Shown here piece by piece: positions 9,105 through 17,324 of a DNA stretch of 64,000 nt. The position numbers were made by a program, and so were the translations under genes. This stretch comes from Elusimicrobia bacterium GWA2_62_23 (GTDB taxonomy: Bacteria > Elusimicrobiota > Elusimicrobia > Elusimicrobiales > UBA9959). Numbering within the stretch: the stretch's first letter is position 1; each line of letters starts with the position of its first letter. The stretch is taken from NCBI GenBank assembly GCA_001799635.1, contig MGTV01000048.1:16760-80759 (forward strand), given 5' to 3'. The notes beneath the pieces were generated by a model that was given only the letters and a program-made list of their open reading frames with translations, searched no databases and was not told the DNA's origin.

Positions 9105-10898
9105 CTAGACGGGGTACATCCCCATGGCCTTGTACCACTTGTTCAGGTCGTCGCGGCGCTTGCCGGCGTCCTTAGCCAGGTTGAAGGGCCGGCCGCGGCC
9201 GTCGAGCACCAGGCCCACCACGCCGCCCTCTATCTCGGCCTCCACCTTGTTGCCGGGGCCCGCGCCCATGTCGAAACCCTTCAGGGGTTTGGCCGTGAGC
9301 CTGGCCTTGGGAGCGTCGAAAGGCACGTGCACGATGTCGCCGAAGCGCAGCTGGCCGGCCTGCTTCTTGCCGTCGGGAGCGGTGACTTCCCACTCCATGA
9401 TCAGCTGGCCTTCCTTGGCGAGGCCCTTGGGCGCGAGGCAGGTGCCCAGGCGCACCAGGCAGTCGTGGTAGAACACGTCGAGCGCGGCCTTCTCGCTGAT
9501 CTGCGCCAGCACGCCGAGGTGCGGCATCATGAAGATGGAGTCCACCGCCATGCGGGTGATGCCCTCGGGCTGGTAGGCGTCTATCATCTGCATCATGGAC
9601 TGGGTGCGGCGGGGGGAATGGGCCAGGATGCCGCCGGAACCTATCACGTAGTCGAGCTTCATCACGTTGATGAGGCTCTGGCCGGAGGAGGTCTGGTCGA
9701 AAGCGTCCGAGATGGAGCGCTCCTGCTGCACGCCCTTCAGGCCCACGGCCAGCGCCTTGTGCTGTTCGAAGGCCAGGCGCAGCGCCTCGCGCGATACCGC
9801 GTGCTCTATCTGCAGGTCCTCCACCGTCTGCGGGATGGTGGTGGGGCGGATCATCTTGTTCTTGAGGCGGTTGCGCAGGTCCTGCTCCTCGATGTCGAAG
9901 GGCAGCCAGCGCAGGATGTTGGCGAGGCCCGCCTCGGCCATCACGTTGGAGATGGAGTAACTCATGCCGAGGTTGGCGCTGACGGTGCGGTTAAAGACTT
10001 CGGAGAACACGCTGAACACGTCGGTAGTGGCGCCGCCGATGTCCACGGCCAGCACGTTGAAGTTATTGGCCTTGGCGAACTTCTCGGTCATGGTGCCGAC
10101 GGCCGCGGGAGTGGGCATGATGGGCGCGCCCACCATCTTCATCAGGCGGGGGTAACCCGGGGCCTGCTGCATCACGTGCTCCAAAAAGATGTCGTGGATC
10201 TTGTGGCGCGCGGGCATCAGGTTCTCGCGCTCGAGGCTCGGGCGCAGGTTCTCGGTGATGATGAGCGCGGTGCGGTCGTCCAGGATGGCCTTGATCTGGG
10301 CGTGGGCCTTGTTATTGCCGGCGTAGATGACCGGCAGTTTGTAGGAGGCGCCCAGGCGCGGCTTGGGGTCCGCGGCCTTGAGGAACTGCGCGAGCTCCAC
10401 CACGTGGGTCACGGTGCCGCCGTCGGTGCCGCCGGAAAGGAGCATCATGTCGGGGCGCAGCTGGCGGATGCGCTCTATCTTCTCGTGGTCCGCGCGGCCG
10501 TCGTTGGAGGCCAGAACGTCCATCACTATGGCGCCGGCGCCGAGCGCGCAGCGCTGGGCCGATTCGCCGGTCATGGCCTTCACGGCCCCGGCCACCATCA
10601 TCTGCAGGCCGCCGCCGGCCGAGGAAGTGGAAACGTAGATGTCGGCGCCGACATTCCCGTTGTTGGGGGTGATGATCTTTTCGCCGTCGAGGATCTTGCG
10701 GCCGGACAGCTCTTCCACCTCGGTGATGGCGTTCAGCACGCCCTTGGTGACGTCCTCAAAAGGCGCCTCCACGGTGGTGGGGGCCTCGCCGCGGAAGGTC
10801 TGGCGGTAGGTATCGCCTTTCTTCTCTATGAGGATGGCCTTAGTGGTGGTGCTGCCGCAGTCGGTAGCTATGATGATCTCAAGGTCTTTTTTTGACAT
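9105..10898 (-). CDS. GlmL/MutL (glutamate mutase L)-like ASKHA-fold ATPase
   Basis: ATG 10898 with AGGAAG RBS; ATDCGSTTTKA (phosphate 1), SSAGGGLQM, LLSGGTDGG, MPTP, AVDIGGATTDVFS (phosphate 2), IGSGGILAH; 597 aa. Confidence 0.8.
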   Translation of the reverse strand: MSKKDLEIIIATDCGSTTTKAILIEKKGDTYRQTFRGEAPTTVEAPFEDVTKGVLNAITEVEELSGRKILDGEKIITPNNGNVGADIYVSTSSAGGGLQMMVAGAVKAMTGESAQRCALGAGAIVMDVLASNDGRADHEKIERIRQLRPDMMLLSGGTDGGTVTHVVELAQFLKAADPKPRLGASYKLPVIYAGNNKAHAQIKAILDDRTALIITENLRPSLERENLMPARHKIHDIFLEHVMQQAPGYPRLMKMVGAPIMPTPAAVGTMTEKFAKANNFNVLAVDIGGATTDVFSVFSEVFNRTVSANLGMSYSISNVMAEAGLANILRWLPFDIEEQDLRNRLKNKMIRPTTIPQTVEDLQIEHAVSREALRLAFEQHKALAVGLKGVQQERSISDAFDQTSSGQSLINVMKLDYVIGSGGILAHSPRRTQSMMQMIDAYQPEGITRMAVDSIFMMPHLGVLAQISEKAALDVFYHDCLVRLGTCLAPKGLAKEGQLIMEWEVTAPDGKKQAGQLRFGDIVHVPFDAPKARLTAKPLKGFDMGAGPGNKVEAEIEGGVVGLVLDGRGRPFNLAKDAGKRRDDLNKWYKAMGMYPV

Positions 10899-11211
10899 CT
10901 GGGTCTTCCTTTTTAGCGGGTTCGGCGCTGAGCCGGTCGACAAAATACGCCATGGCCTTGCCGTTCTCCAGCAGGGCCCGATACTTCTGTACTTCTTCTT
11001 TCTTAAAGAGCAGGGTCAGGGCCGGCTCGATGAAGATCGCGCCCTGAGCGCCCAGGTTATGCAGCGGCCTGGTGCTCTCCACGGCAAAGGCCGCGATATC
11101 CCCCAGCCCGCGCCGCCGCACCTTGTCGGCCAGCACGTCCAGGAGCCGCTTTTCCTCGTCAGTGGGGTCAGGGGGCTCCGGGATCTTGAAAGCGTTGTCC
11201 CAGATTCCCAT
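10879..11211 (-). CDS. Small helical hypothetical protein, first gene of the glmL-like unit
   Basis: 110 aa from ATG 11211; overlaps the glmL-like start by 20 nt; TAAAAT -10 box 8 nt upstream. Confidence 0.7.
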   Translation of the reverse strand: MGIWDNAFKIPEPPDPTDEEKRLLDVLADKVRRRGLGDIAAFAVESTRPLHNLGAQGAIFIEPALTLLFKKEEVQKYRALLENGKAMAYFVDRLSAEPAKKEDPDVKKRP

Positions 11212-11279
11212 GCGCATTTATTTTACTATAAAAGGGGGAGGGACCGCACAAGGGGCGGGGGCGGGCACTGGAACGCGCC

Positions 11280-11308
11280 TTGAAACCGCGAAGTTCGTGG
11301 TGTATACT
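11280..11308 (+). promoter_or_regulatory. Sigma70-type promoter
   Basis: TTGAAA-17 nt-TATACT, upstream of GGAGG RBS and ATG 11348. Confidence 0.7.
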
Positions 11309-11347
11309 CTTTAGTAAGGCCGGGAACGCCCGGCACGGAGGTTTTTT

Positions 11348-13051
11348 ATGGACGTAAAGACCAAATTTACCTGGAAGGCGGCCCTGGTGCCGGCGGCCGC
11401 GGTGACCGCGGCCTTCGCGGTGGGCATAGGCTATTTCGCCGGCAGCTCGCCCCAGGACACCGAAACCCCGGAAAGGCAGGCGCAAGTGAGCTTCAACAGC
11501 GGCCCCAGCTACGCGCCAGGCAGCGACCCCATGGCCAGGCCGGCCCAGCCCCGGGCCTCTTCCATAGAGATGTTCCGGCAGGTGAACAGGAATTACTCTT
11601 CCGACAGCGCCGGGCAAGCCACCGCCTTCAAACCCGCGGTAAAGCCTAAGACCAACGCCGAAATGCAGGAATTTCTGCGGCAGGTCCGTCACGACATAAA
11701 TTACGAGGCCCCCGCCGGGGAAGCGGGGGCGGCGCAGGGAGGCGGGACGCCGCAGCCCGGCGGCCGGCGCATCTACAACCCCGCCGGGCTGGGCAGCAAA
11801 CCCGGCCCCTCCGGGGTCCGCGCGGCCTCGCTGCCCAGGCTTAAGCCCGCCGGCAGCCCGACAGGAGACCTGGGCGGCAAGCGCTCCGGGTTCGGTTCCA
11901 ATTTCCAGGACTACGGCACGGCCCCGGCGCTGCACGGCCCCGCGGCGGCCAGGCAGCAGCGGGCCGACGACCTGGCGGCCTCCGGCGGCGGTTCGCACCT
12001 GGAGGCCGGGGAGTACGGCTCAGCCAGGAGCGGCCAGGACGGCTCGGGCGGTACCGGCATGAACTCCGGCGGCAGCGGCGGTTCACAGGGAGGCGGCGGC
12101 GCGTCGTCCTCCATGAACCCGGCCGGGGGGATGAAACAGGCCCAGACCGAGGCCGGCCCTCCGCCGGCGCCGGTAGCCTACCTATGGCCCAGGACGCTGG
12201 ATTTCGGGGACATGCGCACTTACGAAACTGCTACCAGGATGGCGATCCTGATGAACATCGGGGAACTGCCCCTTTCCGTGGGGGCGATAGAGAACATAGA
12301 TGACGACGCCCCTTTCGCCATTGAGAAGGACAACTGCAGCAACTCGACCTTGGCTCCCGGGAAAAGTTGCACGTTCCTGGCCAGGTTCTCACCTCAGGGT
12401 GCCAGGGAATATATCACGGCCTTCTACGTCCCGACCAACGACAACGGCCGGTCCTACTACCAGACCTACATGGAGGTCAAAGGCAAAACGACCTCCTCCC
12501 AATGGACTTCATGGTGGAACCGGCACTGGGGCAGTTCCGGCCAGGGGACCGTGAACAAGGCCGAGTTCGGCATGGTGCCGGAGGGACGCAGCCTCAGTGA
12601 AACCGTGCGCGTGACCAACACCGGCGGCAATAACTGGCACGCCGTGAAGCTCGACCTCTCCAAACTGCCGTTGTCGTTCAAGATCACCGGGGACGGCTGC
12701 ACCGGTTCGTCAGTGGCCGCCGGCCAGTCCTGCCCGGTCGCCGTGACTTTCACCCCGACGGAGATGGTCAACCGCAGGTTCTCTGACTCGCATTATGGAC
12801 AGTATCTTGCGGTGAACGCCAACACCGGAGCCAAAGTGCACGACGCCCGGCCCAAGTTCCCGCCCTTGCTGCTGGACGCCCCCGTGGAGGCGGCGCCCAA
12901 GGGAGCGTTCAAGGTGCTGGCGAGCTATGACGAAGAGTATCACACGGCGCACCAGGAGGTGCTGGAAGTGAAGTTGTCCGCCAGGAGCTGCGCCCCGTTC
13001 CCGGCAAAGGGCCTGACGCGCATCCAGGATTACTACTACTACTTCAAATAG
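11348..13051 (+). CDS. Membrane-anchored surface protein: Gly/Ser/Ala-rich linker + two choice-of-anchor-D/ASH-type Ig domains
   Basis: N-terminal TM; LDFG...LMNIGELPL...DNCSNSTLAPGKSCTF..RFSP and EFG...VTNTG...DGCTGSSVAAGQSCPVAVTFTP. Confidence 0.7.
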   Translation: MDVKTKFTWKAALVPAAAVTAAFAVGIGYFAGSSPQDTETPERQAQVSFNSGPSYAPGSDPMARPAQPRASSIEMFRQVNRNYSSDSAGQATAFKPAVKPKTNAEMQEFLRQVRHDINYEAPAGEAGAAQGGGTPQPGGRRIYNPAGLGSKPGPSGVRAASLPRLKPAGSPTGDLGGKRSGFGSNFQDYGTAPALHGPAAARQQRADDLAASGGGSHLEAGEYGSARSGQDGSGGTGMNSGGSGGSQGGGGASSSMNPAGGMKQAQTEAGPPPAPVAYLWPRTLDFGDMRTYETATRMAILMNIGELPLSVGAIENIDDDAPFAIEKDNCSNSTLAPGKSCTFLARFSPQGAREYITAFYVPTNDNGRSYYQTYMEVKGKTTSSQWTSWWNRHWGSSGQGTVNKAEFGMVPEGRSLSETVRVTNTGGNNWHAVKLDLSKLPLSFKITGDGCTGSSVAAGQSCPVAVTFTPTEMVNRRFSDSHYGQYLAVNANTGAKVHDARPKFPPLLLDAPVEAAPKGAFKVLASYDEEYHTAHQEVLEVKLSARSCAPFPAKGLTRIQDYYYYFK

Positions 13052-13058
13052 GCGGAGG

Positions 13059-13571
13059 TCAGCGCGGCGCAACGGCGGGGGCGGCCCCGCCGTTCTTTTT
13101 TTGTTTAGGGGAAAAGGGGAAGGAAACGCGCAGGACCGAACCGGGGTTTGCCTTGTGGGCGCGGGCGCAGCCGGCCGGAAGCTCCAGTACCGCCGAGGCG
13201 GGGGCGACAGCCCTCGCCACCTCTGCCTCCGGCTGGTCCGGCCTGGAACGCGGAACGCGGTGGAATACCCGGAGCACCTTCATCTTATCGTCGAGGAAGA
13301 CCATATCCAGGTCCACCAGTGTATTCTTCATCCAGAAGGATTTCACTCCGGGGTCGCCGAAGACGAACAGCATGCCGCGGCCTTCGGGCAGGGCCTCCCT
13401 GAACATCAGCCCGCGGGCCTGCTCCTCCGGGGTCAGCGCCAGTTCCGCCTTTACCGCGAAACCGTCGGGCAGGAGCACGCGGGCCTCGCGCGCCCCGGCG
13501 GGTACGCGGAGGGCAGCCGCGCCGGCCGCGAACAGCGCCAGCAGCGCAAAAGCGAGGGCGGGCCTAGTCAT
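13059..13571 (-). CDS. DUF192 family protein
   Basis: ELALTPEEQARGLMFR...GMLFVF...FWMKNTLVDLDMVFLD...VLELPAG. Confidence 0.9.
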   Translation of the reverse strand: MTRPALAFALLALFAAGAAALRVPAGAREARVLLPDGFAVKAELALTPEEQARGLMFREALPEGRGMLFVFGDPGVKSFWMKNTLVDLDMVFLDDKMKVLRVFHRVPRSRPDQPEAEVARAVAPASAVLELPAGCARAHKANPGSVLRVSFPFSPKQKKNGGAAPAVAPR

Positions 13572-14085
13572 CTTCCCCCGTGAGAGAGGCGGGAACGGCG
13601 GGGGTAGAAATTTCCGGAGCCAGCGACGAAAAAGTGGAGACAGAAACGAGGAAAAGCGGCATGCGCAGTTCGGCGGCGGCCTTCAGCCTGCCGCCCTCGG
13701 AAAAAAGGCGCATGGCGTCGCTTTTATATTTTTTGGCCAGGGCCCTGAAACCGCCTTCCTTGCCCAGGTCAGCGGCCAGAGTTTTGAACGGGACGGAGGT
13801 CGTTTCCGACAGCAGCAGCATGGCCGCCAGTTCCTGCCTGTAGATCCCCTGCCGGAGGTACTTGAGCACTTCCCGCTCCGGGGCGGTGGACTCGAACACG
13901 GAGCACAGCGTCGCGCTGCTCACCTCGGAGGCCAGCGCCCAGGAGAAGGCGTCCTCCCCCGACGTGTCTATGCGGGAGTCGTCCCCGCGGGCGAAAGCGT
14001 CGGGGCCGACTTCGGCCCCGAGGTAGACCTGCGCGGCGGCCGGGACGGCCGAGGCCAGCAGCAGGCAGGCGATCAGGTTTCTCAT
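13564..14085 (-). CDS. Exported hypothetical protein
   Basis: 173 aa; signal peptide MRNLIACLLLASAVPAAA; overlaps the DUF192 start. Confidence 0.65.
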   Translation of the reverse strand: MRNLIACLLLASAVPAAAQVYLGAEVGPDAFARGDDSRIDTSGEDAFSWALASEVSSATLCSVFESTAPEREVLKYLRQGIYRQELAAMLLLSETTSVPFKTLAADLGKEGGFRALAKKYKSDAMRLFSEGGRLKAAAELRMPLFLVSVSTFSSLAPEISTPAVPASLTGEDD

Positions 14086-14113
14086 AGGTTCCGCGCCGGA
14101 CGCCGGCGCCGGG

Positions 14114-14347
14114 CTAGAGGGACGTGGTTACGAGCGTTTCCGTGGAAAGCACGCCGGGAATCCCGCGGATCTCCTGCACTACGATATTAGAGAGAGTGGG
14201 CAGGTCGTCGGTCTCCATGTCCAGGACCAGGTCCCAGCGGCCGAACACCGCTGACATGTGGACGACGCTCTTGAGGCCCTTGAGCTTCTGGAGGGTCTGT
14301 TTCTCCTTGCCAGGCATCAGTTTAACTAGCACGAGTCCGGTTACCAT
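14114..14347 (-). CDS. Stand-alone Lrp/AsnC ligand-binding-domain protein (77 aa, no HTH)
   Basis: MVTGLVLVKL...VFGRWDLVL...IRGIPGVLSTETLV; real start is ATG 14347 (GGAAAAGGA RBS), inside the 287-aa track ORF. Confidence 0.85.
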   Translation of the reverse strand: MVTGLVLVKLMPGKEKQTLQKLKGLKSVVHMSAVFGRWDLVLDMETDDLPTLSNIVVQEIRGIPGVLSTETLVTTSL

Positions 14348-14461
14348 AGTTTTTCCTTTTCCGGGCGGCGCTTCGGCTGCGCGCCTGCCCAACCTTATTA
14401 TACAACCGGCCGGCGTGTTATTCAATAGGCGGCTGCGGGTAAATGATTTATAATTATAGGT

Positions 14462-14905
14462 ATGCGGGCACTGATACAGCGCGTCAAGCGGGGCGGGGTG
14501 AAAACCGCCGGGGCGGACCACGCCATAGGGCGCGGCTTGGTGGTGCTGCTGGGCGTGGGCGTGGGCGACGCCGAAAGCGACGCGGACTTCCTGGCCGAAA
14601 AGACCGCCAACCTGCGCGTCTTTTCCAATGCCGACGGCAAGTTCGACCACTCCCTGCTGGACGTGAAAGGCGAGGCGCTGGTGGTCTCCCAGTTCACGCT
14701 CTACGGCGACGCCTCCAAGGGCCGCCGCCCGGACTTCACCGCGGCCGCCAAACCGCAGGAGGCGAACCGCCTCTACGAATATTTCGTAAAAGTTTTGGGG
14801 GCGAAAGGAATACCGGTAAAGACGGGGATCTTCGCGGCCGACATGGAAGTAGAGATCATTAACGACGGACCCGTCACCATCTGGCTGGACAGCCGCAAAA
14901 AATGA
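14462..14905 (+). CDS. dtd: D-aminoacyl-tRNA deacylase
   Basis: MRALIQRV, SQFTL, KGRRPDF, NDGPVT motifs. Confidence 0.97.
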   Translation: MRALIQRVKRGGVKTAGADHAIGRGLVVLLGVGVGDAESDADFLAEKTANLRVFSNADGKFDHSLLDVKGEALVVSQFTLYGDASKGRRPDFTAAAKPQEANRLYEYFVKVLGAKGIPVKTGIFAADMEVEIINDGPVTIWLDSRKK

Positions 14906-16107
14906 ATCCAGGACCGAAACGCCTTTTGATCTTCGCGGCTTTAACCGCCTTCCTGACAGCGGGAAGTTGCGCTTCAAAAAAACCGCGCGGGGCCGGACCC
15001 GCCGCCGTCTTTCCTGCTCCTTTGGACCGCGTGGTAGAGGATATCTCCGCCATCAAGGAGCGGATCCCGGGCCGCAAGATAGCCGTCTACGAATTCACCG
15101 ATATTTCCGGAAGGACCAGGCCGGAAGGCAGACTCGTGGCAGAACGGCTTACCACCGAATTGGCGCGCACCGGTGAATTCCAGGTCATAGAACGCAGCCG
15201 TCTGGAGGCCGGTCTCAGGGAACTCAAGTTATCAGCCGCGGGAGTTATCGACGAAGCGACCGCCCTTCAGGCCGGAAGGCTCCTGGGGGCGCAGGCCGCG
15301 GTCACAGGCACGCTGATACGCATAAACGGGAAATTCGAACTTAATGTCAGGACGATAGACGTGCAGACAGGCGGCGTGATTTCCGGTTCTATTGTCCATC
15401 TCGAGGAGGAGGCCCTTAACGTCAAAACGGATCCGCAAGATGACTCCTTCGGCCTCCCTCACCACCAGAAACCCGCGCCCGTCTCAAAAAAAATCCCGGC
15501 AGGATGGGAAGAATGGCCGGGCTGGGAAGGCCGCTACGGGAACTTCCGGTTGGAGAGTGGCAAACTGTATTATGACATGACGTCCAGGCAGCACGACCAC
15601 ATCGACGCGGAGATCCCGGAGGGCTACTATCCCGGCCTGCTTCTGGCCAGACGTGTCAAGGGCGACAAATGGGCCGTGGAGGCGAAAGTCAGATATAACA
15701 TGCCGGTAGCGGCCGGTCGCTGGTTTTCCATGTGCATCTGGATCGGTCCCGGCGGCGCCCGCCCTTCCATAGGCAGTAAGGCCAAAGCCCTGGCGGTCTG
15801 CGCGCTCCGCCGAGCCGACTCAGGATACGGCACCGACGATTTCAGTTTTTTTCACTCTCCGGGAGGACACCCCGCGGTCAGCCTGTCGAAGGACCAGGCT
15901 TACCTCCGTTTTGAAAGGAACGGGACCGACTTTAAAGCTTTGGCCAGCCTGGACGGTACTGAATACAGGGAAGTCCTCTCGATTACCGGCGCAAAAATAT
16001 CTCCAGGGGAGGAGCAAAAGATAGTTCTGGGCGGGCAGTCGTATTCCGCCGCCGGTTCTTACGCCGAATACGAATACATTAAACTGAACGGAAGGCCGTT
16101 ATTCTGA
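14902..16107 (+). CDS. Lipoprotein: CsgG/FlgO-like domain + C-terminal beta-sandwich (ConA-like) domain
   Basis: Lipobox-like TAGSC; IAVYEF...FQVIERSRLE...GRLLGAQAAVTGTL...RTIDVQTG; ATGA overlap with dtd. Confidence 0.7.
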   Translation: MNPGPKRLLIFAALTAFLTAGSCASKKPRGAGPAAVFPAPLDRVVEDISAIKERIPGRKIAVYEFTDISGRTRPEGRLVAERLTTELARTGEFQVIERSRLEAGLRELKLSAAGVIDEATALQAGRLLGAQAAVTGTLIRINGKFELNVRTIDVQTGGVISGSIVHLEEEALNVKTDPQDDSFGLPHHQKPAPVSKKIPAGWEEWPGWEGRYGNFRLESGKLYYDMTSRQHDHIDAEIPEGYYPGLLLARRVKGDKWAVEAKVRYNMPVAAGRWFSMCIWIGPGGARPSIGSKAKALAVCALRRADSGYGTDDFSFFHSPGGHPAVSLSKDQAYLRFERNGTDFKALASLDGTEYREVLSITGAKISPGEEQKIVLGGQSYSAAGSYAEYEYIKLNGRPLF

Positions 16108-16823
16108 TGAACAATAAACTTACCGAGAAACTGCTACCGTTAACGCTGTGCCTGGCAGCCGCGCTGGCGGGGTGCCTGAATCCCATGATGTTCAAGAAGG
16201 GCGCCTACGCCATTGACGATTGGGAAACGTGGACCGGCTGGAACGACGCCTACGGCTCGCACGAAGCGACGCCCGACGGCGTCTACTACCGGCTTACCGA
16301 GCGGCAGGACGACACGCGCGACATGTCCTCGGACGGCTACTCTCCCGGGCTTATACTCTCCAGGGAACTCATGGGGCAGAACTGGATCTTAGACCTGGAA
16401 GCGGATTTCAAGATCCCGCCGGGCCAGGTGAAGCGCTTCTCCTACGGCGTCTGGGTGGGCGGGGATTCCGTGCGCCCGTCCATAGCCAACCCCTCCGCGA
16501 CCATAAAAATAGTGGCCCAGCGCCAGAACGGGCCCAAACCCGGCGACGACGCCCTGCTGGTCTTCTATCTGCCCGGCGGCAAGCCTTTCGCCGTCCCCAG
16601 GGACGCCAAGGTGCTGCGCTTCGCGCGCTCCGGCAACGTGTTCTCGGCGGCGTACGCCATGAACCGCAAAAAGTTCACGCCGCTGTTCTCGGTGGAAGCC
16701 CCGGCCGCGGCCGACGCGCCGTCGCAGAAATTCTTCATAGGCGGGTTCGCCGGGGGAGATCCCGCCGGCGCCTACGCCCGCCTGACGAGCCTCAGGATAA
16801 ACGGCAGGGAAACCCTCAGATGA
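16107..16823 (+). CDS. Lipoprotein, paralogue of the C-terminal domain of the preceding gene
   Basis: Lipobox LAGC; WETWTGWNDAYG...GYSPGLILSR aligns with WEEWPGWEGRYG...GYYPGLLLAR; both end NGR. Confidence 0.7.
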   Translation: MNNKLTEKLLPLTLCLAAALAGCLNPMMFKKGAYAIDDWETWTGWNDAYGSHEATPDGVYYRLTERQDDTRDMSSDGYSPGLILSRELMGQNWILDLEADFKIPPGQVKRFSYGVWVGGDSVRPSIANPSATIKIVAQRQNGPKPGDDALLVFYLPGGKPFAVPRDAKVLRFARSGNVFSAAYAMNRKKFTPLFSVEAPAAADAPSQKFFIGGFAGGDPAGAYARLTSLRINGRETLR

Positions 16824-17317
16824 ACGGGACGGCCGGCAAAGCGAAGAAGACCGGTCCCCGGGAACTTATCCGCCTGCACAACCTGAAACCGCACCCGGAG
16901 GGCGGCTACTTCCGCGAGACCTACAGGTCCTCGGCCCCGGCGCCCTCCCGGCGTGTCCGGCGCAGCTGCTGCACGGCCATCCTCTTCCTGCTGGAAGAAG
17001 GGGACATCTCCCGCCTGCACCGCATCAAGTCGGATGAACTCTGGCATTTCTACGCCGGCGGACCGCTGCGGATCAGCGCCATCCGCCCCGACGGTAAAAG
17101 CGAGAGCGCCCTGCTCGGCCCGGGCCATAACTGCCAGCACCTGGTCCCGGCGGGCCGCTGGTTCGGGGCGGCCCCGGAACCCGGCTCCGGCTGGTCCCTC
17201 GTCGGATGCACGGTAGCCCCCGGCTTCGACTTCCGGGATTTCGAACTGGGCTCGCGCGAAGGCCTGCTGAAGCGGTTCCCGCGCGCGGCTAAAATTATAC
17301 GGCAACTTACACGATAA
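16820..17317 (+). CDS. Cupin, DUF985/Cupin_5 family
   Basis: ATG 16820; LKPHPEGGYFRETYRS, LHRIKSDELWHFYAG, CTVAPGFDFRDFEL. Confidence 0.9.
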   Translation: MNGTAGKAKKTGPRELIRLHNLKPHPEGGYFRETYRSSAPAPSRRVRRSCCTAILFLLEEGDISRLHRIKSDELWHFYAGGPLRISAIRPDGKSESALLGPGHNCQHLVPAGRWFGAAPEPGSGWSLVGCTVAPGFDFRDFELGSREGLLKRFPRAAKIIRQLTR

Positions 17318-17324
17318 GGATAAA

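Noticed and set aside
9105-10898. Calling the ATPase a glutamate mutase component or DNA-repair MutL
   Set aside because: No glmS/glmE is in the window, and the motifs are ASKHA-type, not the GHKL motifs of mismatch-repair MutL.
14114-14977. 287-aa ORF from the track
   Set aside because: The first 210 codons are mostly antisense to dtd and the next gene; only the last 77 codons encode a recognisable domain.
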